From contig JBMFMV010000010.1 in the NCBI GenBank assembly GCA_049970495.1, positions 1 to 35,199 on the forward strand: a stretch of DNA of 35,199 nt. Reading direction: 5' to 3'. The position numbers and the translations under genes were made by a program. Numbering within the stretch: the stretch's first letter is position 1; each line of letters opens with the position of its first letter. Below the pieces are notes generated by a model. That model was not told the DNA's origin. It did not search any database and saw only the letters and a list, made by a program, of their open reading frames with translations. Below are positions 10,633 through 20,746 of this stretch, piece by piece. The DNA comes from a bacterium. GTDB lineage: Bacteria > DUMJ01.

Positions 10633-11796
10633 ATGGATACTGAGGAAAAGATCCTAGTATTAGGGAAGTCAGCCCAGTACGACTTGTGTGGAAATTATCT
10701 ATGTCAGGGGGCACACAGGATAAGAAGCGGGTACGGACATTGGATCTATCCTGCAGTGCTTCCTGATGGAAAAGAGATAAAGCTTTTTAAGGTTCTCTTG
10801 TCGAATAACTGTTCTAATAACTGTAACTACTGTGCCAATAGATACGAAAGGAATTTTACCAGAATAAAATTCACGCCTCAAGAGTTGGTAAAAGCGTTTA
10901 TAGGTCTGAAAGAAAAGAAACTTGTCCAAGGACTATTCCTCAGCTCAGCAGTTGAGTACGATCCTAAAAAGACTATGGAAGACATGATAAAGACGGTAGA
11001 AATCTTGAGGTTTAACTACAGATTCAATGGTTATATCCATTTAAAGATATTGCCAGGAGTTACGAAAGATTATATTGAGCAAGCTATGAAGTTGGCAGAT
11101 AGGGTCTCAGTAAACCTTGAAGCACCGAACGCAGAGAGGCTAAAGAAGCTAAGTATAGATAAAGATTTCGAAAGGGACCTTTTAGGAACCATAAAGATTA
11201 TAAAAGAACTTACTGATAAAGGGATAAAGCCAAGGGCAGGCTACACAACACAGTTTGTAATTGGTCCTGCAGGTGAGTCAGATAAAGAGCTTTTATCTTT
11301 AGTAGATAGACTCTATAGAGAGTTAGGTCTAAAGAGGGCATATTTTAGCGCGTTTCAGCCGATAAGAAATACTCCACTAGAAGACCATCCCCCTACCCCT
11401 CTTACGAGAGAGCACAGATTATATCAGGCAGACTTTTTATTGAGAGAGTATGGGTTCTCCGCAGATGAGCTTATCTTCAATAGAGAGGGAAAGCTCTATT
11501 TACCTGTAGATCCGAAATTTGCCTGGGCAATGAATCATCCTGAATACTTTCCAGTAGAGATAAATACAGCAGATATTGGAAGACTTCTTAGAGTTCCTGG
11601 AATTGGATCTAGATCAGCAAAGAGGATTATAGAGTTACGAAAGAAAGAAAAGATAAAAGACCTAGAGACGCTGAAAAGACTAGGGGTAGTAGTAAAAAGG
11701 GCAAAAGATTTTATACTTATTAATGGTAAAAGGATAAAGGAAGAGAGATACACTCAACCTTCACTCATATCTTCTGAGCTTCTACAGACTGTCTAG
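10633..11796 (+). CDS. Putative DNA modification/repair radical SAM protein with HhH motif (TIGR03916-like)
   Basis: CSNNCNYC, GLFLSSA, GYIHLK, REHRLYQADFLLREYGF, LLRVPGIG HhH. Confidence 0.9.
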   Translation: MDTEEKILVLGKSAQYDLCGNYLCQGAHRIRSGYGHWIYPAVLPDGKEIKLFKVLLSNNCSNNCNYCANRYERNFTRIKFTPQELVKAFIGLKEKKLVQGLFLSSAVEYDPKKTMEDMIKTVEILRFNYRFNGYIHLKILPGVTKDYIEQAMKLADRVSVNLEAPNAERLKKLSIDKDFERDLLGTIKIIKELTDKGIKPRAGYTTQFVIGPAGESDKELLSLVDRLYRELGLKRAYFSAFQPIRNTPLEDHPPTPLTREHRLYQADFLLREYGFSADELIFNREGKLYLPVDPKFAWAMNHPEYFPVEINTADIGRLLRVPGIGSRSAKRIIELRKKEKIKDLETLKRLGVVVKRAKDFILINGKRIKEERYTQPSLISSELLQTV

Positions 11797-12848
11797 CCAG
11801 CTCTAAAGTATAAGACATCTCCATCTTTTATTATATATTCCTTTCCTTCTACTCTTATATAGCCTAACTCTCTTGCCTTAGCCCAGGATTCTGCCTGAAT
11901 CAATTTTTCAACAGGGATAACCTCAACCTTTATAAAGTTCTTCTCGAAGTCAGAATGAATCTTACCAGCCGCCTGAGGGGCTTTAGTACCAGAAACAACT
12001 GTCCATGCCCTAACCTCTTTAGACCATATAGTGAAGAAACTAATAAGTCCAAGTAATCTGTATGCCTCCCTTACAAGCCTATGGAGTGTAGACTCCTCTA
12101 TCCCATATCCATCTCTAAGGAAAGACATCCTTTCTTCCTCTGAAAACTCACCTAGCTCCTCCTCTATCTTGGCTAGGACAGGGATAACTACCTTTTCATT
12201 CTCTTTACCCCATTCTATCAGTCTCAAAACCTTAGGGTTATCTAAACTATCAGTATTAGCAACATAAATGACAGGTTTCCAAGAAAGTAGAGGAAGGTCC
12301 TTAATTACCGGTAGGTCTTTTATAGATTCTCCCTTGGATAATCTTTCCCGAATGGCTTCTAATAAAGATTCTTCTTCAGGATTACCCTTTCCCACCCTCC
12401 TCAGAGATTTTACCTTCTCTAATCTCCTCTCAACAAGAGAAAGATCGGAGAGAGCCAACTCAATATCTATAAGCTCTATATCTCTTATTGGGTCTCCTTC
12501 ACCTAGAGCAGGAATATTAGGGGATTCGAAACACCTGACTATATGGATAATACCATCTACACTTCTTATATGGGACAGAAATTCGTTACCCAGCCCTTCA
12601 CCTTTACTAGAACCTTTTATAAGACCTGCTATATCCCAAAACTCTATAACAGCTGGTATAATCCTCTCTGGTTTTACAATACTAGCTAATGCGTAGAGCC
12701 TCTCATCTGGAACCTGAACAACACCCTTGTGCGGTTCTATAGTACAGAAAGGATATATAGAAGTAGGGACATTAGACTTAGTTAATGCATTGAATAGTGT
12801 TGATTTACCGACATTAGGTAGGCCTACTAGACCCCACGAAAGACTCAT
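11793..12848 (-). CDS. ychF: Redox-regulated ATPase YchF
   Basis: GLVGLPNVGKST, YPFCTIEP, DIAGLIKG..GEGLGN, TGS domain AGKIHSDFEK. Confidence 0.95.
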   Translation of the reverse strand: MSLSWGLVGLPNVGKSTLFNALTKSNVPTSIYPFCTIEPHKGVVQVPDERLYALASIVKPERIIPAVIEFWDIAGLIKGSSKGEGLGNEFLSHIRSVDGIIHIVRCFESPNIPALGEGDPIRDIELIDIELALSDLSLVERRLEKVKSLRRVGKGNPEEESLLEAIRERLSKGESIKDLPVIKDLPLLSWKPVIYVANTDSLDNPKVLRLIEWGKENEKVVIPVLAKIEEELGEFSEEERMSFLRDGYGIEESTLHRLVREAYRLLGLISFFTIWSKEVRAWTVVSGTKAPQAAGKIHSDFEKNFIKVEVIPVEKLIQAESWAKARELGYIRVEGKEYIIKDGDVLYFRAG

Positions 12849-13017
12849 ATGATAGGACCCTTTTTATCTTTTTGATAATCTTATCCCTTTCAAAAACTAC
12901 CACTCTACCGCATCCCAAGCATTCTATCTTGACATCTATCCCCAGTTCTAGGACTCTCCAAAGATCACTACCACAGGGGTGTTTCTTCTTAAGCTGTAAA
13001 ATACTGTCTTTATCCAC
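12814..13017 (-). CDS. DUF951 family protein
   Basis: LKKKHPCGS.W...G.DVKIECLGCGR; commonly adjacent to ychF. Confidence 0.88.
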   Translation of the reverse strand: MDKDSILQLKKKHPCGSDLWRVLELGIDVKIECLGCGRVVVFERDKIIKKIKRVLSYESFVGSSRPT

Positions 13018-13025
13018 AAGAGATA

Positions 13026-13805
13026 TTATAGCATAAAGGTAGCGGACTTTAATTCTTTTAAATAACTCTCTAAATTTTTACTATCTGAATCATCTATGAT
13101 ACGAATAATCTCACTTCCTACAATAACTCCATCAACTATCCCTATTAATTTTTCTATCTGTTCCTTACTCTTTAATCCAAAGCCCAATGCAGTAGGAATA
13201 GTAGAAAGTCTCTTTATTCTTCTAACTAGATCTAACCCATCCTCTGAGACCCCTTCTCTAGGCCCAGTTACTCCTTTCACCGAAACACAATAGATAAAGC
13301 TATCGCTCTTTTCTATTATTTTCTTTAGCCTCTCATTGGTAGTTGTAACCGAAGCAAGCCATATAATTGAAATACCATCTTTATATGGATATACGTTATC
13401 GGATTCTTCTATAGGCAGATCTGGTATTACAACGCCATCTAGATCCACGTCTCTAGCTATTTTAAAGAATTCTTTTACACCTATATAGTGTATAAGGTTA
13501 TAATAGAGCATAAAGACTATAGGGGTAGAGTTATTATTCTTTCTGAAATTGTAAAGCCATTCAAAGGCTTTGGAAATATTTGCCCCATTTTTAATAGCAA
13601 TATCACTTGCCCTTTGGATTATAGGCCCATCAGCTATTGGGTCAGAAAAGGGAATCCCCACCTCTACTATATCCCCATATTTACAGATAATATCTACTAT
13701 ACGAGGAAAATCCTCTAAATTGGGATAACCAAACTCACAGAAGGGGATAAAACTTATCCTCTTTTCAGATCTAGCCCTATTAAATGCATCAGATATTCTA
13801 CTCAT
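13026..13805 (-). CDS. trpA: Tryptophan synthase alpha chain
   Basis: [31 protein letters not shown]. Confidence 0.96.
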   Translation of the reverse strand: MSRISDAFNRARSEKRISFIPFCEFGYPNLEDFPRIVDIICKYGDIVEVGIPFSDPIADGPIIQRASDIAIKNGANISKAFEWLYNFRKNNNSTPIVFMLYYNLIHYIGVKEFFKIARDVDLDGVVIPDLPIEESDNVYPYKDGISIIWLASVTTTNERLKKIIEKSDSFIYCVSVKGVTGPREGVSEDGLDLVRRIKRLSTIPTALGFGLKSKEQIEKLIGIVDGVIVGSEIIRIIDDSDSKNLESYLKELKSATFML

Positions 13806-14976
13806 AGTTCATCTCCCTCATTACGATGTCTAAGTCTTTATCTCCACGTCCCGAGAGATTAACTATCACTATAGAATTTTCTGGTATATCACTTACAAAT
13901 AGATAGCCAACTGCATGTGCACTTTCTAATGCAGGGATAATCCCTTCGAGGAGGGAAAGCTCTTTGAAACCTCTAAGAGCCACCTCATCTGTAGCGTATT
14001 CATACCTTACTCTACCTATGTCTCTTAAGTAGCTGTGTTCGGGTCCGACACCTGGATAGTCTAAGCCAGCAGAGACAGAATACGTATTCATAATATTTCC
14101 CCACTCGTCCTGCATAAGATACATCCTACAACCATGTAGAACACCAATTTGACTGTTAGATATACTTGCAGCATGTTTCTTTGTTTCTAATCCTAAACCA
14201 CCACCTTCTACACCTATCAGCTTTACATCATCCTCTAAAAATGGATAGAATATTCCTATAGAATTACTTCCTCCTCCAACACAGGCAACTACATAATCTG
14301 GTAGTCTCTCTTCCTTCTCTAAGATCTGCCTTTTAGCCTCCTTACCTATTACTGACTGGAAGTCTCTTACTATCATAGGGTATGGATGTGGACCTATCAC
14401 TGAACCTATTAGATAGTGAGTGTCATCTATGTTTGTAACCCAGTCTCTTAATGCAGAGTTTATAGCCTCTTTAAGGGTTTTACTCCCACTAGAGACGGGA
14501 ATAACTTCTGCGCCTAAAAGCCTCATTCTAAATACGTTCATCTTCTGTCTAGTCATATCCTCTTCACCCATATATATTGTGCACCTAAGACCAAGGAGAC
14601 TAGCTACAGTAGCGGTAGCCACCCCATGCTGTCCGGCTCCTGTCTCTGCTATAATTCTTGTTTTTCCCATTTTTAAAGCCAAAAGGGCTTGACCTATACA
14701 GTTATTTATCTTATGGGCTCCAGTATGACACAAATCTTCCCTTTTAAGATAGACCTTAAACCCGAGTTTTTCCGAAAGACGACTTGCACAGTATAGCGGT
14801 GTTGGTCTACCTACATAATCCTGTAAGAGTCTATTAAATTCCTGCCAAAAATTCTTATCATCCTTTATCTTTATGTAGGCATCTTCCAACTGTAAAAGTG
14901 GCTCCATAAGAGTCTCTGGAACAAACCTTCCGCCGTACTCTCCAAAATAACCCCGTTCATCTGGTAAATTATACAC
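13798..14976 (-). CDS. trpB: Tryptophan synthase beta chain
   Basis: [44 protein letters not shown]. Confidence 0.98.
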   Translation of the reverse strand: MYNLPDERGYFGEYGGRFVPETLMEPLLQLEDAYIKIKDDKNFWQEFNRLLQDYVGRPTPLYCASRLSEKLGFKVYLKREDLCHTGAHKINNCIGQALLALKMGKTRIIAETGAGQHGVATATVASLLGLRCTIYMGEEDMTRQKMNVFRMRLLGAEVIPVSSGSKTLKEAINSALRDWVTNIDDTHYLIGSVIGPHPYPMIVRDFQSVIGKEAKRQILEKEERLPDYVVACVGGGSNSIGIFYPFLEDDVKLIGVEGGGLGLETKKHAASISNSQIGVLHGCRMYLMQDEWGNIMNTYSVSAGLDYPGVGPEHSYLRDIGRVRYEYATDEVALRGFKELSLLEGIIPALESAHAVGYLFVSDIPENSIVIVNLSGRGDKDLDIVMREMNYE

Positions 14977-15610
14977 TTATCTCATCTCCTTTTAGCAATT
15001 TAAATATCTCTAATAACTTTTCTTCGTCCTTTATACCAGGCCTAATTTCTACACCTCTAGCAATATCTATAGCATACGGCTTTAAAGACAAGAATCTAGT
15101 TATATTACTTAGGTTTATCCCCCCAGCAATAATAAAATCTATCCCATAATCTTTTAACATAGAAGCATAATCGATTAGTAAATCCTGAGTTAAACTTTTA
15201 TCCTTAGGTATATCCAAAAGCGGTATACAATCTTTATAAAGCCTTATTTCTTCTATAAAATTCTTTATACTAACTTCTATCTCCTCATCTACTATAAATG
15301 CCTTAATCTTAACTTTACAATCAAATCTCTCTAAAAACTCCAGAGATTCTCTCCCGTGGAGTTGTATCCCATCAAGTTTACAAAAGTTAATCGCATTATA
15401 GATAAATTCTTCAGGCTGATCTGCAAAGACCCCTATCTTCAGCAAATTAGGATAACTGTTTTCTAGAGCTAACGATATCTCTCTAGCCTTTTCTAAGGTC
15501 AACACCCTCGGACTTGAGGGGACAAATATAAAACCTACAGCCCAAGCTCCCAAATTGCCAACAAATAATGCATCTTCTACTCTAGTTATACCACATATCT
15601 TAACTCTCAA
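14969..15610 (-). CDS. trpF: Phosphoribosylanthranilate isomerase
   Basis: VKICGIT, QLHG.E, IAGGI, GVE..PGIKD. Confidence 0.93.
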   Translation of the reverse strand: MRVKICGITRVEDALFVGNLGAWAVGFIFVPSSPRVLTLEKAREISLALENSYPNLLKIGVFADQPEEFIYNAINFCKLDGIQLHGRESLEFLERFDCKVKIKAFIVDEEIEVSIKNFIEEIRLYKDCIPLLDIPKDKSLTQDLLIDYASMLKDYGIDFIIAGGINLSNITRFLSLKPYAIDIARGVEIRPGIKDEEKLLEIFKLLKGDEISV

Positions 15611-16364
15611 TTCCCATCAACTCCATAACTCTACTTTTAATATCCCTGGTTTTCATTATAGCTTCTCCTACAAGGATCCCGTCTATTCCAAGGCTTTTGA
15701 GGTACTCTACATCCCTTCTAGAAGATATACCGCTAGCACTTATTATCTTTATACTGTTAGGGATGTATCTTTTTATCTCTTCGGTATGTCTTATATTGAC
15801 CTCAAAAGTCTCTAGATTTCTATTATTTATAAGGACTATACTAGGATTAAGTTCAAGTGTCTTTTCTAGGTCTTCTATACTATACACTTCAACAACAGGT
15901 TCTATTCCTAAGGATAGAGACAGACTATAAAGTAACTTTAAAGATTCTTTAGAGAGTATTCTGGCAATAAGAAGGATAGCGTCCACTTCATATAAGCTAG
16001 ATTCAAAGATCTGAAGCTCATCTATTATAAAATCTTTGCGAAGTATAGGAATATCTGCATATCTTCTTACTAAACCTATATTCTCAATACTAGCATTAAA
16101 ATGGCTGTCAGTTAATACGGAGACAGCAGATATAGGGACGCTTGTCAGCTCTTTTATAACAACCTCTAAGTTTTCTCTACTAAGAAATTCACCCTTTATA
16201 GGAGAAGCCGGTTTTATCTCTCCTATAAAGGCAATATCTCCGCTAGTAAATATATCCTTAAAACGGGATTTCACTACCTTAAATTGATTTCTATATGACT
16301 CCAAAAGAGGTATCTCTCTCTGCTTATCCTGGACAATCCTATCCAATATTGATATGTAAATCAC
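15600..16364 (-). CDS. trpC: Indole-3-glycerol phosphate synthase (start GTG 16364, or ATA 16355)
   Basis: EIKPASP, SVLTD, PILRKDFI, INNRNL, LVGE. Confidence 0.94.
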   Translation of the reverse strand: MIYISILDRIVQDKQREIPLLESYRNQFKVVKSRFKDIFTSGDIAFIGEIKPASPIKGEFLSRENLEVVIKELTSVPISAVSVLTDSHFNASIENIGLVRRYADIPILRKDFIIDELQIFESSLYEVDAILLIARILSKESLKLLYSLSLSLGIEPVVEVYSIEDLEKTLELNPSIVLINNRNLETFEVNIRHTEEIKRYIPNSIKIISASGISSRRDVEYLKSLGIDGILVGEAIMKTRDIKSRVMELMGIES

Positions 16365-17313
16365 CCCCTATTAATCTCACTCCCTCTTCTATACTTACAA
16401 CTTCCCCAGCAGTCCATAAGGCAAATCCAGCATTCAAAGCCACAACAGTTCTCTGAGCTTCTGTGCCTCCCCCATTAAGAATGGCTCTTATAATCTCTGC
16501 ATTTTCACTTGGAGATCCGCCCCTTATACTCTCAGGAGGATATAACTTTAGCCCTATTTCTCTAGGATCAAAGATAAACTTTTCAATCTTTGAGCCTTCA
16601 ACAAAGGCAACCTTAGTAGGACCAGATATAGAGACCTCATCAAGATGGTCTGAAAGACCATGAACTATAACTGTCCTATGCATATTTAAAATCTTTACCA
16701 CTTCTGAAATCTTATCAAGCACATCTTCACTATAGACACCTATGAGTTGAGCCTTAAGTCTAGCAGGATTGAGTAAAGGACCCAACAGATTGAAAATTGT
16801 CCCAAAGCCCATCTCTTTTCTGACCTTAGCAACCTTTCCAACTACAGGGTGAAAGTACTGTGCAAATATAAACGAGATACCTTTCTCATCTATTTCTCTA
16901 GCTACAACTTTTGGGTCATTGGAGTATGGTATACCAAGAGCCTCTACTACATCTATACTACCGGACATACTAGAGGCTGACCTATTACCATGTTTTGCTA
17001 CCGCTACTCCATATCTAGGAAGGAGAAGGGCAACAGCAGTAGAAATATTAAATGTTCCACTCCTATCTCCGCCTGTCCCACATATATCTATAGCCAATCT
17101 GCTGTTAGGGACCTTTATAGACATCTCCCTTAGGCACTTTACAAAACCGGCTATCTCCCCAGGTGTCTCTCCTTTTAGTTTTAAGCCCATAAGTAAAGCC
17201 CCAAGCTGAGATTCAGTTATACCATCCTCAGCTATCTTCTTGACAATCATATAGGTAGTCTCTATATCTAGATGCTCACCTCTAGAAAGTCTAGATAACA
17301 CTTCTATACTCAC
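16339..17313 (-). CDS. trpD: Anthranilate phosphoribosyltransferase
   Basis: DICGTGGD..GTFNIST, KHGNRS, FNLLGPLLNP. Confidence 0.95.
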   Translation of the reverse strand: MSIEVLSRLSRGEHLDIETTYMIVKKIAEDGITESQLGALLMGLKLKGETPGEIAGFVKCLREMSIKVPNSRLAIDICGTGGDRSGTFNISTAVALLLPRYGVAVAKHGNRSASSMSGSIDVVEALGIPYSNDPKVVAREIDEKGISFIFAQYFHPVVGKVAKVRKEMGFGTIFNLLGPLLNPARLKAQLIGVYSEDVLDKISEVVKILNMHRTVIVHGLSDHLDEVSISGPTKVAFVEGSKIEKFIFDPREIGLKLYPPESIRGGSPSENAEIIRAILNGGGTEAQRTVVALNAGFALWTAGEVVSIEEGVRLIGGDLHINIG

Positions 17314-17314
17314 C

Positions 17315-17878
17315 TTATCTAACCTCCGCTAAAAAATTATTTAAAATTACTTTACCATATTCTGTCATACAAGACTCGGGATGAAATTGGACACCAAAAA
17401 CCGGATAATCTCTAAGTCTTATCCCCATTATGATATTATCCTCAGTCCAGCTAGAAACTTCAAGGATTGGAGGAATATCGGTAACTATTAGTGAATGATA
17501 CCTAGTAGCTTGGAAAGGGTTAGGGACATCTTTATAGATATCCTTTCCTTTATGGTAGATAAGTGAAACCTTTCCATGAACGGGAATATTAGCCCTTCTT
17601 ATCTTCCCCCCAAAGGAATATCCTATCGCCTGATGTCCTAAACAGACACCAAGGATAGGCTTCTCCTTATAAAAACTTTTAACAACCTCTACAGAGATAC
17701 CCGCTTTCTCTGGAGAAGAAGGACCAGGAGAGATTACTATACCCGAAGGGTCTAACCTTTTAATCTCCTCTATAGAGATAGCATCATTTCTGAATACAAC
17801 TACATCTTCTCCTAACTCCTCTATATACTGAACAAGATTATAGGTAAATGAGTCATAGTTATCTATAAGGAGTATCAT
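17315..17878 (-). CDS. trpG: Anthranilate synthase component II
   Basis: IDNYDSFTYNL, SPGP, GVCLGHQ, RYHSL, QFHPES. Confidence 0.95.
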   Translation of the reverse strand: MILLIDNYDSFTYNLVQYIEELGEDVVVFRNDAISIEEIKRLDPSGIVISPGPSSPEKAGISVEVVKSFYKEKPILGVCLGHQAIGYSFGGKIRRANIPVHGKVSLIYHKGKDIYKDVPNPFQATRYHSLIVTDIPPILEVSSWTEDNIIMGIRLRDYPVFGVQFHPESCMTEYGKVILNNFLAEVR

Positions 17879-19284
17879 CTTGACCTCCTAGCCAATCTTA
17901 ATGCCTCAAACATTGCCTTTGACTTATTAATAGTCTCATAATATTCAGCTTCTGGAGTAGAATCATAGACTATCCCTGCTCCAGCCTGAGTATAACCAAT
18001 ATTGTCTTTCATAAAGATGCTCCTTATAGCTATACAAGTATCCATATCTCCTTTTGGTGTTACATAGCCTATCCCTCCAGCATATGGTCCCCTGTTAAAT
18101 GGTTCTAGTTCTTCTATAATCTCCATAGCCCTTACCTTAGGCGCTCCAGAGACAGTCCCCGCAGGAAAGCTAGATTTAAGAGCAAAAACACAATTTAAAT
18201 CACTTCTAAGTATTCCTTTTACACTACTTACTAAGTGCATGACATGGGAATACCTCTCCACCTCCATCAACTTTTCTACTCTAACAGAGCCAGGCTCTGA
18301 AACTCTTCCAACATCATTTCTCCCCAAATCTACCAACATAATGTGTTCTGCCCTTTCCTTCTCATTGCTCAATAGTTCTTCTTCTAACCTCTTATCCTCT
18401 TCTGGATTTAATCCCCTCTTTCTTGTTCCTGCTATGGGTCTAACTTCTACTATGCCATTCTCTACCCTCACTAGAACCTCAGGTGATGAACCTATAATAT
18501 ATGTATCTTTAAACTTTAAGAAGAACATATACGGTGAAGGATTTATAAATCTTAGAGCCCTATAAAGCTGTAAGGGGTCTATCTCTTTAGAGTCAAAGAA
18601 AAATCTCTGGGATAATACAATCTGGAAAGCCTCACCCATTTTTATGTATTCTACTGCTCTTTCTACAGCCTTTTCAAAATCCTTTTTTGAGATACCTACT
18701 TCTATCTTAGTTTCATCATGCTGGTTAAAATCATCCATATCTTTTTTCGGTAACCTAAGTATACTAAGGGCATAGGAAAGTTTTTCATAGGCAGAGTTAT
18801 AGACATTGTATTCATTCCCATCTATGATTACATCGGTAATAGCATTCATCCTATTCTTTACATGGTCAAATGCGACAACAAATTCTGGTCTTATAAATGC
18901 TCCTAAGGGGAATTTCACATTGTCCTTGTTGGGAGAATAAGGGATTTTTTCTATGCACCTTACTGCATCATAGCTTATATAACCTACTAGACCTCCCCAA
19001 AATCTGGGTAAATCAGGAAAAGAACCTACGTCTTTCTCTAAGGCTCTTTCTAGGATAGAAAATGGATCATCGTATACCTCATATATATAGCGAGGAATCC
19101 AACCAAGGAAGGAATATCTACCAAGATATTCCCCCTTCTCTACACTCTCTAAGAGGAAGACATACGGATAAGAAATAACTCTAGAGAGAAGACCTATTGG
19201 AGTTTCGGTATCCTGTAAAACTTCCCTATAAACAGGAAATACCCTATACCTATCAGCCAATGCCAAAAACTCATCTTTTCTCAT
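17875..19284 (-). CDS. trpE: Anthranilate synthase component I
   Basis: LLESVE, NPSPYM, PIAGTR, EHIMLVDLGRND, GTVSGAPK. Confidence 0.96.
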   Translation of the reverse strand: MRKDEFLALADRYRVFPVYREVLQDTETPIGLLSRVISYPYVFLLESVEKGEYLGRYSFLGWIPRYIYEVYDDPFSILERALEKDVGSFPDLPRFWGGLVGYISYDAVRCIEKIPYSPNKDNVKFPLGAFIRPEFVVAFDHVKNRMNAITDVIIDGNEYNVYNSAYEKLSYALSILRLPKKDMDDFNQHDETKIEVGISKKDFEKAVERAVEYIKMGEAFQIVLSQRFFFDSKEIDPLQLYRALRFINPSPYMFFLKFKDTYIIGSSPEVLVRVENGIVEVRPIAGTRKRGLNPEEDKRLEEELLSNEKERAEHIMLVDLGRNDVGRVSEPGSVRVEKLMEVERYSHVMHLVSSVKGILRSDLNCVFALKSSFPAGTVSGAPKVRAMEIIEELEPFNRGPYAGGIGYVTPKGDMDTCIAIRSIFMKDNIGYTQAGAGIVYDSTPEAEYYETINKSKAMFEALRLARRSR

Positions 19285-19317
19285 CTCAACTCTCCTCTCT
19301 CAGTCTAATCTGAACTA
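19270..19317 (-). promoter_or_regulatory. Candidate TRAP-binding site (10 NAG repeats) overlapping the trpE RBS and start
   Basis: mRNA reads UAG uu CAG au UAG acu GAG a GAG ga GAG uu GAG au GAG aa AAG au GAG. Confidence 0.65.
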
Positions 19318-19330
19318 AAAGTTGATTAAA

Positions 19331-19360
19331 AGTATACCATATAACTTTATCTTCTGTCAA
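19331..19360 (-). promoter_or_regulatory. trp operon promoter
   Basis: TTGACA-N18-TATACT with TG extension; predicted leader only about 40 nt. Confidence 0.7.
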
Positions 19361-19363
19361 AAT

Positions 19364-20746
19364 TTATTCGAACTTTATATAGTAGACAAATTTTATACTG
19401 CTCTTCTTGGTATCGCTTGGCTTTCCTATAAAAGAATCATAACTTTTAGCTAGTCTTTCCATAATATCCATCTTTTCTTTGCTCTTTTCTAACTCAGACT
19501 TCGCAGTCTTTATACCCTCACGCACCATATTTAGACCTGGTATCATAACAAAACCAACTACACCGCCTTCAGCTACTGCGTTTAGACTCATACTTATCCT
19601 AGAAAGGCTAGCAAGTATGCTTCTAATACTATCAAGTGGAATATCAGAAGAAAGCTTATACATCTCTAAACTACTATCCTTTAGAGACTTTATACTTAAC
19701 TTCATAGAGTCCAAGTCTCTCTTTTCCTCTTCTAGTAAACTTAATAAATTCTCATTACTACCTTTCTCTTTGGCTAGTTCTAACATCTTCTTATTTCTCT
19801 TTATTAGCTTATCTAAATTCTTCTCTAAATTATCTAAGGTTTTCATTTGTGTATCTATTCTATCCTTTATCTTATCTATGTTATCTAAAGATTCTTCAGG
19901 ATTTTTATTATTTATAGTATCCCCTATCTCTCTAGCCATCTGCTTCAGTAGGTCCTGCTGGAACTTAAGTATCTGGTCAATCTGTTCTATACCACCCATA
20001 TATTCTTTAAGACTACTAAGAATTCCTGCTATAGTAGGAGAAGAAGGTATTATTAATATCTGTAAAGAGTCTAGATTTATTTTATCCATACTAATCTCTA
20101 TCCAACCTTTAAATTCTGGTTGAGGCATTCCCATTATGTTAACCGTTATATTACTCCCTGCAGATGTAACAGTACCTCCGTTAGAGACCTTAATATCTCT
20201 TATCTTAGAGGCGGGGAAATTAGCAGTTATTATCACTGTGAATGGTGTATAGATATCTTCTATATTATCCTTTATCTTGACCCTATTTAAGCTTGCGTTC
20301 TTAAGTATAAACTCTACCCTTAAAGTCCCACCTTTATCTTTTGCATCTTTATATTGAACCATCTTCTTATTAAGGTAGTAGTTAATACTTAGAGATACCG
20401 GAGGCTTCTTGTCTGTCTCCCCTCTGTAGTATATATCAGATATCCCATTAACTCTTCCCTCTATCTTTACCCTATCACTAGAGACAGTTATAGTACCATC
20501 TCCTAGAAGTTTTTTGACATTTCTAAGGCTAGAGGCACTATCATAAATGGTATAATTCCCCTTTCCTTCTATTCTTAACCAATCCACAACAATAGTCTTT
20601 TTTATACTTCCCTTAGAATTAGCAATAATATAGATACTCTCATCATCAGAAACCAAGATCTGATTAGATAAGGAGAGCGGAGTATTAGAAAATATGAACA
20701 AGAAAAGAATCATTAAAATTTCAAGAATAGATTTAAACCTTTTCAT
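19364..20746 (-). CDS. Exported/membrane-anchored coiled-coil protein, MMPL partner (YhgE/Pip-like)
   Basis: Signal/TM segment, DDESIYII...TIVVDWL, coiled coil, SYDSFIG..IKFVY C-terminus; GAGG RBS before ATG 20746. Confidence 0.7.
   Translation of the reverse strand: MKRFKSILEILMILFLFIFSNTPLSLSNQILVSDDESIYIIANSKGSIKKTIVVDWLRIEGKGNYTIYDSASSLRNVKKLLGDGTITVSSDRVKIEGRVNGISDIYYRGETDKKPPVSLSINYYLNKKMVQYKDAKDKGGTLRVEFILKNASLNRVKIKDNIEDIYTPFTVIITANFPASKIRDIKVSNGGTVTSAGSNITVNIMGMPQPEFKGWIEISMDKINLDSLQILIIPSSPTIAGILSSLKEYMGGIEQIDQILKFQQDLLKQMAREIGDTINNKNPEESLDNIDKIKDRIDTQMKTLDNLEKNLDKLIKRNKKMLELAKEKGSNENLLSLLEEEKRDLDSMKLSIKSLKDSSLEMYKLSSDIPLDSIRSILASLSRISMSLNAVAEGGVVGFVMIPGLNMVREGIKTAKSELEKSKEKMDIMERLAKSYDSFIGKPSDTKKSSIKFVYYIKFE

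Noticed and set aside
11793..13017. ychF and DUF951 as members of the trp regulon
   Set aside because: An extended -10 at 13033-13025 suggests their own promoter; DUF951-ychF linkage is common.
14975..14995. Second TRAP site at the trpB RBS (GAG au GAG au AAG)
   Set aside because: Only 3-4 repeats, explained by the SD and the overlapping coding sequence.
19285..19363. trp leader peptide, T-box or attenuator
   Set aside because: The region is too short and has no Trp-codon ORF, T-box motif or terminator hairpin.
19479..20123. 214-aa plus-strand ORF
   Set aside because: Antisense shadow of a coiled-coil gene; Ser/Leu/Phe-rich with no motifs. The same applies to the other short antisense ORFs (e.g. 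4412-4870, 12268-12696).
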